Notes: generated by a model not told the origin, from the sequence alone. Positions 21,001 through 29,314 are shown, numbered from the stretch's first letter. The stretch: DNA of 64,000 nt from an uncultured Pseudobdellovibrionaceae bacterium (GCA_964519985.1 CAZFMF010000011.1:6695-70694); one strand, 5' to 3'. Made by a program: numbers and translations.

Positions 21001-23037
21001 AAGGCTTTGAAATGTGCGCTGAGTGGGATTGAGCACCTGTCTGCCGGTTCGCAAGGATCGGAAGAACTACGTTCTCACTACATGACCTGGTGCCAATCTT
21101 ACGCGGTGGCGAGCCTCGTCATGATGGGTCGGAGCAGCGAGGCGCAGTACTACTTAGATGTCTTGAACGCCTACTTCCGAGAACACCCGAACGATAAATA
21201 CCATCTCGGAATTCACCTCAATAATCTCATTCAGGCTCACTTGGAGCAGGGAGAATACTCGGACGCGCCGGAACGAGAATTTTCCCGGCACAACGGACTC
21301 ATTCGAGTCTTCATCCCCTTGCTCCTGCTGCACTTGCGCCATTTTTACATCGCCAAGGCCTACCTTCGCTTTAACCAAATGCATTTTGCTCGCCGCGAAA
21401 ATACGCGCGAAAAAGAAAAGGCCTTTAAGAAGGCGCTGTGGGAATTGAAACTGGCTTGCGATAACCCCATGTTTAGCTCCCACTACTACACGCTGCGAGG
21501 GGCCTACCTGGCCTATAAGGGGAAGAATCGGCGAGCGCTGCGCTCCTTGAACAAAGCCGAGCGACTGGCCTTCATCTGCAATAATTCGACGGCACTGTAT
21601 TTTCAGCAGCTGACCAAGGCGCGGATGGAGAAGAAACAAGGAGGCGGTTCCGCAACTTCCATCGCCCAAACCGTCTACGCATTTTGCAAAAACCACGGCT
21701 GGGCGGGACGGCAATGGGAAATCGAAAAAGAGTTTGCCGATGTGCGCCTCGGCACAGGCACCGGCACGGAACCGGCGCAGCAAAGGGGCCGCCCTTCCGA
21801 CGAGGTCAATCAGTCTCAAGTCCAGGAAATGGATGCGTTGCTTACGATCAACCTCGCCTTGGCGAGTGCCCGTAATGATTCCGAGCGAGGGCAACTCGTT
21901 TTGGATAAAGTGATGCATGCCATTGGGGCGGAACGCGGAGCGTTCTTTCTCTGGGACGACGCCTCCAATCGCCTAAGCTTCTCGCTCGGCCAATCCAGCG
22001 ATGGAAAGTCATTCAATGAACTCAAGGGCTACAGCAGTACCGTGGTCGATAAAGTCTTCCGCACGCAACAACCCATTATCGTCAGTGGTACCGAAGAAGG
22101 CGAAGCGATGGGCAGCGCCAGCATCACGCTCTTCGACCTCCGAAGTATTATTGCCGCCCCCGTTAGCGTGAACGAGAAGCGTTTCGGAGTCATTTATCTG
22201 GATAGCCGTTTCGCCAAAGGAATTTTCAACGCCCGGGATCTCGATTTCCTGCGCGCCGTCGGTATCCAGATCGCCATTGGGATTGATAGCAATCGCAGCG
22301 CGCGCATCTCGGTGGAGAAAGTCCGCATCGAGAAAGAACTCGAATTGACCGGAGCCGTGCAACGGCTCTTAATTCCCAAATCCACCGATCTAGAAACCGA
22401 CCGCTTCCACCTGAGTTACTTTTTCCAAACCGCGAGCCAATCGGGCGGCGACTGGATCTGGTACCAGTCCGAAGAAAACGGAGACCTCACCATTCTGTTG
22501 GGGGATGTCGTGGGGCACGGTCCGGCCGCCGCCATGATCACGGCCATCGTTTCCGGTACGTACCACGCCCTCCGCGAGACCGCCGACACACCGGTGATCC
22601 TGGAGCGGATCGATCAAGTCCTAAAGGACATGATGAAGGGCGAATACTGGATTTCCCTACTCGTGGTCCGCGTGCTTAAGGACAAAATTGAAGTTTACAA
22701 CGCCGGCATGCCCTACTTCTCTTTCTTAAAGAAAGGCAAAGCGGTCGAGCAGATTGGCATTCCGTCCTGTGGGCCTCTGGGCCTGGATGTGAAGCCGGTC
22801 AAGAAAACCGAAATCCCGTTCGCAAAAGGCGACCGCTTCATGGTCTGCACCGACGGCGCCTTCGAATTCGCTCACAAAAACGGTATTTTTGGCGAACGCC
22901 GCCTCAACAAGCTCTTCTCATCGACCGCTGGTCTAGTACTGCCCGAGGCCCGGAACAAAATTGCCCAAACCGTCCTCTCCGAAATCGCGGGCCCCGTCCC
23001 TGATGACGTGGCGCTGGCGATCGTGGAAAAGAAGTAA
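18040..23037 (+). CDS. Giant multidomain Ser/Thr protein kinase (PknK-like): Hanks kinase, AAA_16/STAND ATPase, TPR/MalT-like region, GAF domain and C-terminal SpoIIE/PP2C phosphatase domain
   Basis: Kinase motifs GSGTSSLVY (Gly loop), AVK, HRDLKPEN-like HQDLKPENIY and DFGL. Walker A GEAGAGKS after the kinase. Long helical/TPR region. GAF-like segment near aa 1280-1430. PP2C/SpoIIE motifs GDVVGHGPAAAM and CTDGAFE at the C-terminus. The TTG start from the track is uncertain. Confidence 0.85.
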   Translation: MPIRRQTGASLSAVPKIKTESLPSGLELLEAVGSGTSSLVYRARRDGKIYAVKMSKTADPDGRLLKGFRTEATILAQINHPALVQTQEVGSHHGHPYIVMEYLEGELLSSRLKRGKLPGDEIYTIALKLADVLHSVHSHGVIHQDLKPENIYWNPKTGVLKLFDFGLVGTQGRNTAGQSIGTLDYMSPEQLGILDRPIDARSDLYSLGVTLLECVAERMNVPQIAGRSVEAQFQYEPTDILRLNEEIKYEFAKILCTLLKKDPDDRFASADELFTAINRKVFHRQDTLSKQEHLVGRESEKELLYKHWEDCLSGRGSSILVEGEAGAGKSALVSDLVRRAQSDNTISLRGKCTQRLPFAPLRRFFAEIQKTISHGHPAYSKLGSNFVDKSASIRRISPALADHFGLGEGDIGGNQDRFFEEIADVFVILSRYLPVILFIDDIQWIDAETMRTLDCLSPKLAENRILLVMTSRSSFEYLDSLQLFEERFKVSRKISLGSLTPQETNLLVQAYSGNQSIEERFLTHVHTSTGGLPFSVGELLRNISLNGVLAPNWGKLEVQWDQLYNLDLPSDVIELVRRRISSLSETTREVLCTASIVGVSFNVALLSKVTGKKESVVLDALTQGHLQFLVEPTTEGEYKFIHDRVHEAFRAQLEGSRKRELHQKIALTLLETRPTAAHEVFSMADHFWDGYPEQNTKEAYEISVAAGKLASESHALEKAYEYFLRAEGLAAKAGLDPVDPELIGAICTKIGKKAEAIERYQAAIDRTSSKWLRARILGKMAETYVTNLETAEGLKLIERAFAEIDLVPPHPVRTIVSIVWGVVRGLFGYWTGIGYGNATGEKREQLKIIVNLHAQFGFVKFFDLQPLYMVYSGLRNLHNVNRIGDSAELVNLYCNLYLAFGILKIRPFYDSFYRRARLVAERLADPQLIAHVEAYYAFAIVYAGKEVQAENRVRQLLHDYKNSLITEDYVYLCGVYMSSLVVRGFPEKALKCALSGIEHLSAGSQGSEELRSHYMTWCQSYAVASLVMMGRSSEAQYYLDVLNAYFREHPNDKYHLGIHLNNLIQAHLEQGEYSDAPEREFSRHNGLIRVFIPLLLLHLRHFYIAKAYLRFNQMHFARRENTREKEKAFKKALWELKLACDNPMFSSHYYTLRGAYLAYKGKNRRALRSLNKAERLAFICNNSTALYFQQLTKARMEKKQGGGSATSIAQTVYAFCKNHGWAGRQWEIEKEFADVRLGTGTGTEPAQQRGRPSDEVNQSQVQEMDALLTINLALASARNDSERGQLVLDKVMHAIGAERGAFFLWDDASNRLSFSLGQSSDGKSFNELKGYSSTVVDKVFRTQQPIIVSGTEEGEAMGSASITLFDLRSIIAAPVSVNEKRFGVIYLDSRFAKGIFNARDLDFLRAVGIQIAIGIDSNRSARISVEKVRIEKELELTGAVQRLLIPKSTDLETDRFHLSYFFQTASQSGGDWIWYQSEENGDLTILLGDVVGHGPAAAMITAIVSGTYHALRETADTPVILERIDQVLKDMMKGEYWISLLVVRVLKDKIEVYNAGMPYFSFLKKGKAVEQIGIPSCGPLGLDVKPVKKTEIPFAKGDRFMVCTDGAFEFAHKNGIFGERRLNKLFSSTAGLVLPEARNKIAQTVLSEIAGPVPDDVALAIVEKK

Positions 23038-23060
23038 CCGGCGTTTGAATATCGCCCTTC

Positions 23061-23076
23061 ACTCCGGCGCCGGAGT
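23061..23076. repeat. REP-like palindrome ACTCCGGCGCCGGAGT (copy 3), 24 nt after the giant kinase stop
   Basis: Exact 16-mer. Confidence 0.8.
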
Positions 23077-23139
23077 AGAGCCTATTTCTCACCGACGAGA
23101 CGTTCCAATTCGGGCCTACTCAATTTCACCGCTAGAGCG

Positions 23140-23185
23140 AACTTGTCTTTGCCTTCCATTTTGAAATGGGTCATAATTGGGTCAT
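23140..23185 (+). promoter_or_regulatory. Candidate vapBC operator/promoter region with a direct repeat GGGTCAT(A/G)A x2
   Basis: AAATGGGTCATAATTGGGTCATGAAAAGG lies immediately upstream of the antitoxin start. Type II antitoxins usually autoregulate via such repeats. Confidence 0.3.
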
Positions 23186-23462
23186 GAAAAGGTCACATTC
23201 TGGCGGTGGCGAAAAAGTGAGCATTGCAAACCTCAAAGCCAAACTTGCTTACTATCTCCGCAAAGTCCGCTTGGGAGAGGAAGTCATCGTCACCGAGCAT
23301 AAGCGACCCGTCGCCAAAATAGTTCAGCTGGAGCCCGAAGGGCTAGATATCATTCGAGCCAAAGGTTCCTTCGCGGAAGTTGCGGATACAAAACTGGAAC
23401 CTCTTGACCACGAAAAAGTAGACTCCCTATCGCACCTATTGAAGGAGCGAGGTAATCGTTAA
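23184..23462 (+). CDS. vapB: Type II antitoxin, Phd/YefM family (VapB-like)
   Basis: VSIANLKAKLAYYLRKVRLGEEVIVTEHKRPVAKIV is typical of Phd/YefM. The stop overlaps the ATG of the downstream PIN gene (TAATG). Confidence 0.7.
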   Translation: MKRSHSGGGEKVSIANLKAKLAYYLRKVRLGEEVIVTEHKRPVAKIVQLEPEGLDIIRAKGSFAEVADTKLEPLDHEKVDSLSHLLKERGNR

Positions 23463-23875
23463 TGATCGCCTACATCGACTCTTCGGTGCTACTTCGAGTT
23501 ATTTTTTCTGAGTCCAACTCGCTCAAGGAGTTTAAGAAGATCAAGGCGGCAGTATCGAGCGAACTGCTACGAGTGGAGTGCATGCGCACTATCGATCGTG
23601 TCCGCGTCACTAATAAGTTTTCCGATGAAGTTTATCTAGAGTATGTCCGACGCTTCTTTCTCTTCTTGGAAAAAATCGATCTCATTCCAATTCAACGAGA
23701 AATCCTGAATCGAGCCGCACAGCCTTTTTCCACCATCTTAGGTTCCTTAGACGCCATCCACCTCGCTTCCGCGATTTTGTACCGCGAAAGATATTCCTCC
23801 CGGCTTGTTCTTACGACCCACGATAAACAGCTATTTGGAGCTGCCCTCGCGTCTGGCTTCGAGGTGCTTGGTTAA
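23462..23875 (+). CDS. vapC: Type II toxin, PIN-domain ribonuclease VapC
   Basis: PIN signature: N-terminal IAYIDSSVLL (Asp), then conserved acidic residues. 137 aa, immediately downstream of the antitoxin. Confidence 0.8.
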   Translation: MIAYIDSSVLLRVIFSESNSLKEFKKIKAAVSSELLRVECMRTIDRVRVTNKFSDEVYLEYVRRFFLFLEKIDLIPIQREILNRAAQPFSTILGSLDAIHLASAILYRERYSSRLVLTTHDKQLFGAALASGFEVLG

Positions 23876-23972
23876 CATCTTGTGATCTAAAGCTAATTTC
23901 GCGCCTAAAAACTTGTCTTCTCGGCCTCGGATTGTGGTAGGAACTCGCCCACCTAAGTCCTGGAGTTCGTGT

Positions 23973-25655
23973 ATGCGATTTCTGACCTCAATCTTCCTAT
24001 TGGTAACCCTGAGTGGGGCCGCGTCCGCCTTAGCACTGCGCCCACTCACGAATGAAATGGTCTTGGAAGATCTCAACCAGCTCGTGAAAAACGTTCAGGC
24101 TTACTATGGGCCACTGGAGTACAAGTCCTCTAAGCTTGGATTCAAGCTGGACGACGCGGTGACGCTGGCGGAGAAGCAGATCCGAGCCGCCAAGTCGGAA
24201 GCGGAAGCGATTTCGGCGCTGGCGAAGTTCCTGGGGAAACTAGGCGACGGGCATGTGAGCATCCAGTTTCCCAATTACACCAGCAATACGTCTCAATACT
24301 CCATCCCGATCTTCGTCACTCCCGTGGAAGGCAAAGCGATTGTTGCGACGGTGGATCCTTCAATCACAAACCTGGGAATCGAAGTCGGTGACGAGCTTGT
24401 ATCCGTGGATGGCGAACCGACGATGACTTTCGCCGATAAGGTGAGTGCCTACCGTAGTTTCGGAAATCCGAAGAGCAATGCTCATCTCATCTACCAAGCG
24501 CTACGCCGCGATAGTTACATGGTGGAGCTCACTCCCAAACGTGCCGAGGCGACGCTCATCGTCGCTAAGGCCAATGGCAAAAAGTTAACCGTGAATGCAG
24601 TGTGGAGACCCCGCGCCCTCCACGATGCCGATGTAAAATTTGTGGCGTCTAAGGATCCTTCCGCGAGCTACTTGTTTCGGGGCGTCCGAGATTTTAACGA
24701 CGCCGCGGGGGCCGCTTCGCTTCAGGCAATGGGCGCCTCGGAGCCATTCTACTATACCGCTCAAGCGCGGGAGAAGTTCCGCATTACCCGAATCCACGCG
24801 AACGCCGACTTTTTGGCGAAGTTCAAAGTCGATCCCTTGAAAGTCCCGGACGTCTTTGCGGCGATGTTGAAATACGAAAACAAGAACATCCTCGTTCTGC
24901 GCATGCCCACGTACAGCCTCCCGGAAGGACAGTGGCAACCTTACATCCAGTTGTACAAGGCGATCTTGAACCAGTACGAACCCTTCGCCGATGTTCTCGT
25001 CGTCGATCAAACCCACAATCCCGGCGGTAACTCCAACTACCTCGAAGCCTTTTTGCAGCTTTTCATCAAAGAACGCGCGGCCAGCGTCGTTCAATTTATG
25101 CGGGCGGACCGAAAATGGATTCGGCACTACGAAGCAATGGCGGCGCAGGCCGACCCGAAGCTTGAATCCGAGCGTTCTCGACAGCTCATGCTGAGGGCTC
25201 GCATGATCGAAACGTCGCAGGACAAAGGTGAGTTTCTCACTAAGGAGCCTATTCCTTTGAACTGGGACTCCGAGCTCGATCCGAACCAAGATTACACCTG
25301 GAAAAAACCCATGCTGGTTCTCATCGATGAACTGGCCGGATCGTGTGGCGATATCTTTCCCATGGTGATCAAGCGGAACAACATCGCAAAACTTTTCGGG
25401 GAAGCAACCATGGGACTGGGGGGCAACGTGGAACCCATCGGAGAGCTCACCCATACCGGTGCCAGCGTCAATCTGACCCGCGGACTTTTTGCCGTCTATC
25501 GCGCCGACGGCAAATACGCGGACGCCGATCTTGCCGAAAACAACGGCCAGAAACCAGACTACCCCCACTCCATCTCATTGAACGATTTTCGAGCCGGTCT
25601 GGTCGGCTACGTCGAGGCCTTTGCCAAAGCGGCCGTTGAGCAACTGCCTAAGTGA
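23973..25655 (+). CDS. Secreted S41-like (C-terminal processing/tail-specific protease-like) peptidase with a PDZ-like segment
   Basis: Start moved to the internal ATG (MRFLTSIFLLVTLSGAASALA signal peptide) with a GGAG 8 nt upstream. PDZ-like GIEVGDELVSVDG. LVLIDELAGSCGDIFP resembles the S41 catalytic region. Confidence 0.5.
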   Translation: MRFLTSIFLLVTLSGAASALALRPLTNEMVLEDLNQLVKNVQAYYGPLEYKSSKLGFKLDDAVTLAEKQIRAAKSEAEAISALAKFLGKLGDGHVSIQFPNYTSNTSQYSIPIFVTPVEGKAIVATVDPSITNLGIEVGDELVSVDGEPTMTFADKVSAYRSFGNPKSNAHLIYQALRRDSYMVELTPKRAEATLIVAKANGKKLTVNAVWRPRALHDADVKFVASKDPSASYLFRGVRDFNDAAGAASLQAMGASEPFYYTAQAREKFRITRIHANADFLAKFKVDPLKVPDVFAAMLKYENKNILVLRMPTYSLPEGQWQPYIQLYKAILNQYEPFADVLVVDQTHNPGGNSNYLEAFLQLFIKERAASVVQFMRADRKWIRHYEAMAAQADPKLESERSRQLMLRARMIETSQDKGEFLTKEPIPLNWDSELDPNQDYTWKKPMLVLIDELAGSCGDIFPMVIKRNNIAKLFGEATMGLGGNVEPIGELTHTGASVNLTRGLFAVYRADGKYADADLAENNGQKPDYPHSISLNDFRAGLVGYVEAFAKAAVEQLPK

Positions 25656-25680
25656 CAGTCCTAACTTCATCCGAGGCTCT

Positions 25681-25696
25681 ACTCCGGCGCCGGAGT
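25681..25696. repeat. REP-like palindrome ACTCCGGCGCCGGAGT (copy 4), 26 nt after the peptidase stop
   Basis: Exact 16-mer. Confidence 0.8.
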
Positions 25697-25866
25697 CCGA
25701 CATGGCGGTACCGAGTTCGCAGGCGCGCAAAAACCCGCCATCTAGCTATGACCGGAATATCCAGAACTAAAACCGGTTGTTCCCATTTCCTATTCATGCT
25801 ATCAACTCCTCCCCCGCAAAGCGCACCTACGGTTCTTCACTCAGTTCGGGGTTGAGGAGAGTCGGC

Positions 25867-26646
25867 ATGGTCCTAACCATATTAAGCCATCTTGCCATTC
25901 CCATTTTGGCCTTCCTTTTCGTCAATCAGTCGGCACTTGCAACGGACAAAATTGGAAAGATTGGGAGATGCACGAAACAACTGCAGAAGATGTTAGAGGA
26001 ACGTTCTGCGGATCCCCGAATGATAGAAATTCTACTCGATCTGGATCGAAGAATAGGGCGCCTGGAATCGGAGAGAGGAGATCGGACGTTGCGGCGAACA
26101 CCTCGCGGCACTCTCCCGGCCGCCCACCCGATCTATCTTGTTGAATTACTAAAAACAATGGACCCGGAAGTTCTCAAGGCCAGGATACTTGCTTATCGAA
26201 AGCCCCGAAACAGCAAGCGAGTACCGAATAATGCGCCGAGCCTGTCCCCAATAATAAATATTCGAGATCGGACAGGAGCTATCCTTCGTTTGAGCTGGCT
26301 TACCGGAGAGTGGGGTGGCGATGCCACCATAGGTGAGCAACCACTGGGATCTTTGCTCGTAGGAATCGTGAATTTTGTAGGCGAAGAGTCGAAGAACTTC
26401 GATCCCGACCTTTGGGGCACTTACGTTGGCAAAGTCGTTCTCCAACGCCACGAGGAGATGGTTTATCGCCCTATCCGACTTGGCCACGAACTCCACGAGC
26501 GCGTCGAAACGATGGCGAAAGAGCTATTGGGCGGACAGCCAGGAAGCACGCAGGAAGTGATTATCGCCTCGATTCATTTGATTTGCGATGCCTTTGGAGC
26601 GCCCCCCGCCGACGAGCTCGAGCTAGTCTCGGCTGAGGAGCCCTAA
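25867..26646 (+). CDS. Secreted hypothetical protein
   Basis: Internal ATG with GGAGA ribosome-binding site and signal-like MVLTILSHLAIPILAFLFVNQSALA. The track ORF starts at 25777. Confidence 0.35.
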   Translation: MVLTILSHLAIPILAFLFVNQSALATDKIGKIGRCTKQLQKMLEERSADPRMIEILLDLDRRIGRLESERGDRTLRRTPRGTLPAAHPIYLVELLKTMDPEVLKARILAYRKPRNSKRVPNNAPSLSPIINIRDRTGAILRLSWLTGEWGGDATIGEQPLGSLLVGIVNFVGEESKNFDPDLWGTYVGKVVLQRHEEMVYRPIRLGHELHERVETMAKELLGGQPGSTQEVIIASIHLICDAFGAPPADELELVSAEEP

Positions 26647-26671
26647 GATAAAACCGGTTCCGGCATTCGGA

Positions 26672-26712
26672 TCTGATATCGGATATCCGATATCGAGCCA
26701 TCCGATATCAGA
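26672..26712. repeat. Hairpin/palindromic repeat TCTGATATCGGA-TATCCGATATCGAGCCA-TCCGATATCAGA immediately 3' of tRNA-Gly
   Basis: 12-bp perfect inverted arms. The loop itself contains a GATATC-based palindrome. A related copy lies at 17972-17989. Confidence 0.7.
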
Positions 26713-26718
26713 CTGAGT

Positions 26719-26794
26719 TGGAGCGGGTGAAGGGGTTCGAACCCTCGGCCCTCAGCTTGGGAAGCTGATGCTCTACCAACTGAGCTACACCCGC
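26719..26794 (-). tRNA. tRNA-Gly (anticodon CCC)
   Basis: The reverse complement reads GCGGGTGTAGCTCAGTTGGTAGAGCATCAGCTTCCCAAGCTGAGGGCCGAGGGTTCGAACCCCTTCACCCGCTCCA. It folds as a cloverleaf with a 7-bp acceptor stem, D-loop AGTTGGTA, anticodon loop TTCCCAA, T-loop TTCGAAC, discriminator U and an encoded CCA. Confidence 0.85.
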
Positions 26795-26889
26795 ATAATA
26801 AATAAAAGAACTGTTACTACGGATACTTAGCACGGCTTTCCAAAATCCGTCTACCGCGATTTTCTCGTCCATGGAACATTCGTGGAACA

Positions 26890-27102
26890 TTAATGAAATA
26901 GCCGGATTACCTGCTCCACCCCTTCGAGGTTGGAACCTCGATGATGGATGTAGCGCTCCGTAACCTTACTACCGCTGTGAGCGAAGAGCTGTCGGATATC
27001 GTCCCGAGTCGCTCCGTGAGAAAGGCACAACGCAGAAGTTGAGTGGCGAAGGCCATGAGTTCCGATCACAGGAATCTCAAGTTCCTTGCAGTATCGCCGC
27101 AA
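26890..27102 (-). pseudogene. Truncated tyrosine recombinase (phage-type integrase) C-terminal fragment
   Basis: HGLRHSTSALCLSHGATRDDIRQLFAHSGSKVTERYIH contains the integrase catalytic HxxR...Y box, but only about 70 aa remain. It lies next to tRNA-Gly. Confidence 0.7.
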
Positions 27103-27730
27103 CTTTCACGAATACCATTCATACGAGAGCATTCCGCCGACTGGCGAAGTCGCAACGAAAACACTCGAGACTCGTCCACTCTCGGCTCGCAGAACTTGCC
27201 AAGCTCGCCGGGTCAACCTTGGCTCTACTCTATTGGACCGGGGCCCCCCGAAGGAATCACGCTTCCCAAACGGTCTGGCGGAAATCAACCGGGGCGGGTA
27301 TCCTCTGTCCGTGAACTCCCTACAGGCGATCATCTTCCTCTCACTCCTACTTGCACCGGAGATTCTCTTGGGTCGCCGCCTACTCCGCTACGAACCGGCG
27401 ATCGTAGAGTGTCGCGGCAGGCTGCGGCTTGTCTATTTTCCGGGGTCGCCCAACTACCAGTCCATTAAAGATGGTGACAAACGTGAAGGAGTTTACATTT
27501 TGGAACTCGAAGAACCTTTCGATATAGCTGCTGCCAACGACCCCAATAAGCCACTTAATGATTCCGAGGGGTGGGGTAAAAACGTGCAACGCATCCAGCT
27601 CATTAGTGATGGAACTCTAGAAAAACGCGTTGGGAAAAAAGTTACCGTGAGGGGAATGTTGTTTGAAGCCATCTTTGGCCGCCATCACACCAGCGTGCTG
27701 ATGGAAGTGCTGAAAGTGACCGGGAAGTAA
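27086..27730 (+). CDS. DUF4431-like hypothetical protein (conserved HHT motif); true start probably internal (e.g. GTG near 27311, giving MNSLQAIIFLSLLLAPEILLG..)
   Basis: The C-terminal GMLFEAIFGRHHTSVLMEV fits the HHT signature of DUF4431. The first part of the track ORF overlaps the integrase fragment. Confidence 0.4.
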   Translation: MQYRRNFHEYHSYESIPPTGEVATKTLETRPLSARRTCQARRVNLGSTLLDRGPPKESRFPNGLAEINRGGYPLSVNSLQAIIFLSLLLAPEILLGRRLLRYEPAIVECRGRLRLVYFPGSPNYQSIKDGDKREGVYILELEEPFDIAAANDPNKPLNDSEGWGKNVQRIQLISDGTLEKRVGKKVTVRGMLFEAIFGRHHTSVLMEVLKVTGK

Positions 27731-27740
27731 ATGTATTCCC

Positions 27741-28397
27741 GTGCCATCAAAGGTGGTCGGCAGCGCCGTTATCTACATCGATGGCAAGGACCGTCTTGTA
27801 AAAATAGGCGGTGACCCGGCTTGGCGGAACAACAACCCGGGGAACCTTAAGAGCGGTGCCCACACGCGCATTCATGGCTCGATCGGAGTCGTGAACGGAT
27901 TTGCTGTGTTTCCGACCGAGGAGATCGGGACGGAAGCGAGGATTCGGCTGTTGAAGGGAAGCAAGTATCGAAACAAGACGATCATCGAGGCAGTGAAATC
28001 TTATGCGCCGAAGAGCGACGGCAATAATCCCGAGCGGTACGCGCGGCAGATCGAGTCGATTGCTGGCTTGAAGCGCAATCGAGTGTTGAAGGATCTTTCC
28101 GATGGCGAGTTTACGGCACTCGTCGCGGCCATGAAGCAAATCGAAGGAAATCGACCGGGACGAGAGGAAAAGTTTCGGGTTAAGGAGATAATAGATATTC
28201 GGGTAAACGAACGGAACGCTATTGTCGCCTACAACATTGAGGACTACGGTTGGTTGTCGAAGGCGGAGACGATCGCGCTCATCGAGCAGGGGCGTATCGA
28301 TGCTGTCGTGGTAACGGAGAAGGGGCGAACTTATGTTAGAACGCGGCCCGATCACGCGACATCAAACAATCTGTATGAGATGAAACCGCAAAAGTGA
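27741..28397 (+). CDS. Hypothetical protein (AWRNNNPGNL motif), function unknown
   Basis: 218-aa ORF 10 nt downstream of the DUF4431-like gene, same strand. No family recognised with confidence. Confidence 0.4.
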   Translation: MPSKVVGSAVIYIDGKDRLVKIGGDPAWRNNNPGNLKSGAHTRIHGSIGVVNGFAVFPTEEIGTEARIRLLKGSKYRNKTIIEAVKSYAPKSDGNNPERYARQIESIAGLKRNRVLKDLSDGEFTALVAAMKQIEGNRPGREEKFRVKEIIDIRVNERNAIVAYNIEDYGWLSKAETIALIEQGRIDAVVVTEKGRTYVRTRPDHATSNNLYEMKPQK

Positions 28398-28465
28398 AGA
28401 TCGGATCGGCTCAGAATGTCGCGTCTCGCAAATCGAAGCACAAAATAAACCAATCAAGGTCTGGA

Positions 28466-29314
28466 TTAGCTCCGATCGAGTTCGGCGAGAATCTCCAGTA
28501 GCGCCTTCCACTGATCATCGAATGACGGAGGGTCTTCTCCTAATTCTACACTCGGCCACGCGCCTCGCAGTATCGAAAGGTCAAATCTCTTGGCTTCCGA
28601 CAAAAAATATCTAGGCACTTCCGTATTCCTCCTCTCGAATGTCATTCGTATAGCGTTGAGCAGCGATGTTCTGTCCTGGCACCGTGCAAAGAGAAGCACG
28701 AGATCATAAACATCGCGGGAGCGAGAGTTGGCCGATCCGCGTCGGTAGAGAGTCTGCAATTTTTCCGCAAACATGCTCTCCAGTGGATACACTCGCCACG
28801 ACACCGATTGACCCCGCCCCAGTATGGATTCCATAGTCTGCGACTTTGGCTTAGCTGGGAGCGCATCACCAAATCCAATATCCATCTGTATCCGAGATAG
28901 TTTTTTGACCTTACTGGCTGAAGGTTCTTCGCCGATCTGAAAGGCGACGCTGAAGCGAATTCCTTCGTAATCACCCTGGTGCTCCAGCGGTTCATTTTTC
29001 AGGTCACCGTACCAAAGTCCATCATCCAAATTTTTTGAAAGTGCCGACTCCATCAGGGCCGGAATCTTTTGCGCTGATAGCTCGTGGGCGAGGGCGTCAA
29101 CATCGCGGGTAAATCTGGGACTATCAATAAGCTTGAATAGAACAAACCCGCCTTTGAACACCAAGTGCTTGAAGAGAATGGGATGCGCTTCGATGCGGGC
29201 GATCGCCCGTTCAAGGGCAACAATGATTCTCAGCTCATTGATATCTCGAGAGGAATCCGCATCCGCAATTTTCTTGAGGGCGCTCATGACAGCCCGGCCC
29301 CTTTCCACGTTCAT
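28466..29314 (-). CDS. abiEii: Type IV toxin-antitoxin/abortive-infection toxin AbiEii-like nucleotidyltransferase (DUF1814)
   Basis: About 280 aa with the HLVFKGGFVLFKL..RFTRDVDAL region (a nucleotidyltransferase GG/DxD-like fold). The 4-nt overlap with the upstream AbiEi-like gene is the canonical abiE arrangement. Confidence 0.65.
   Translation of the reverse strand: MNVERGRAVMSALKKIADADSSRDINELRIIVALERAIARIEAHPILFKHLVFKGGFVLFKLIDSPRFTRDVDALAHELSAQKIPALMESALSKNLDDGLWYGDLKNEPLEHQGDYEGIRFSVAFQIGEEPSASKVKKLSRIQMDIGFGDALPAKPKSQTMESILGRGQSVSWRVYPLESMFAEKLQTLYRRGSANSRSRDVYDLVLLFARCQDRTSLLNAIRMTFERRNTEVPRYFLSEAKRFDLSILRGAWPSVELGEDPPSFDDQWKALLEILAELDRS

Noticed and set aside
26708-26890. 60-aa minus-strand ORF overlapping tRNA-Gly
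   Set aside because: It is the translation of the tRNA gene itself and has no coding support.
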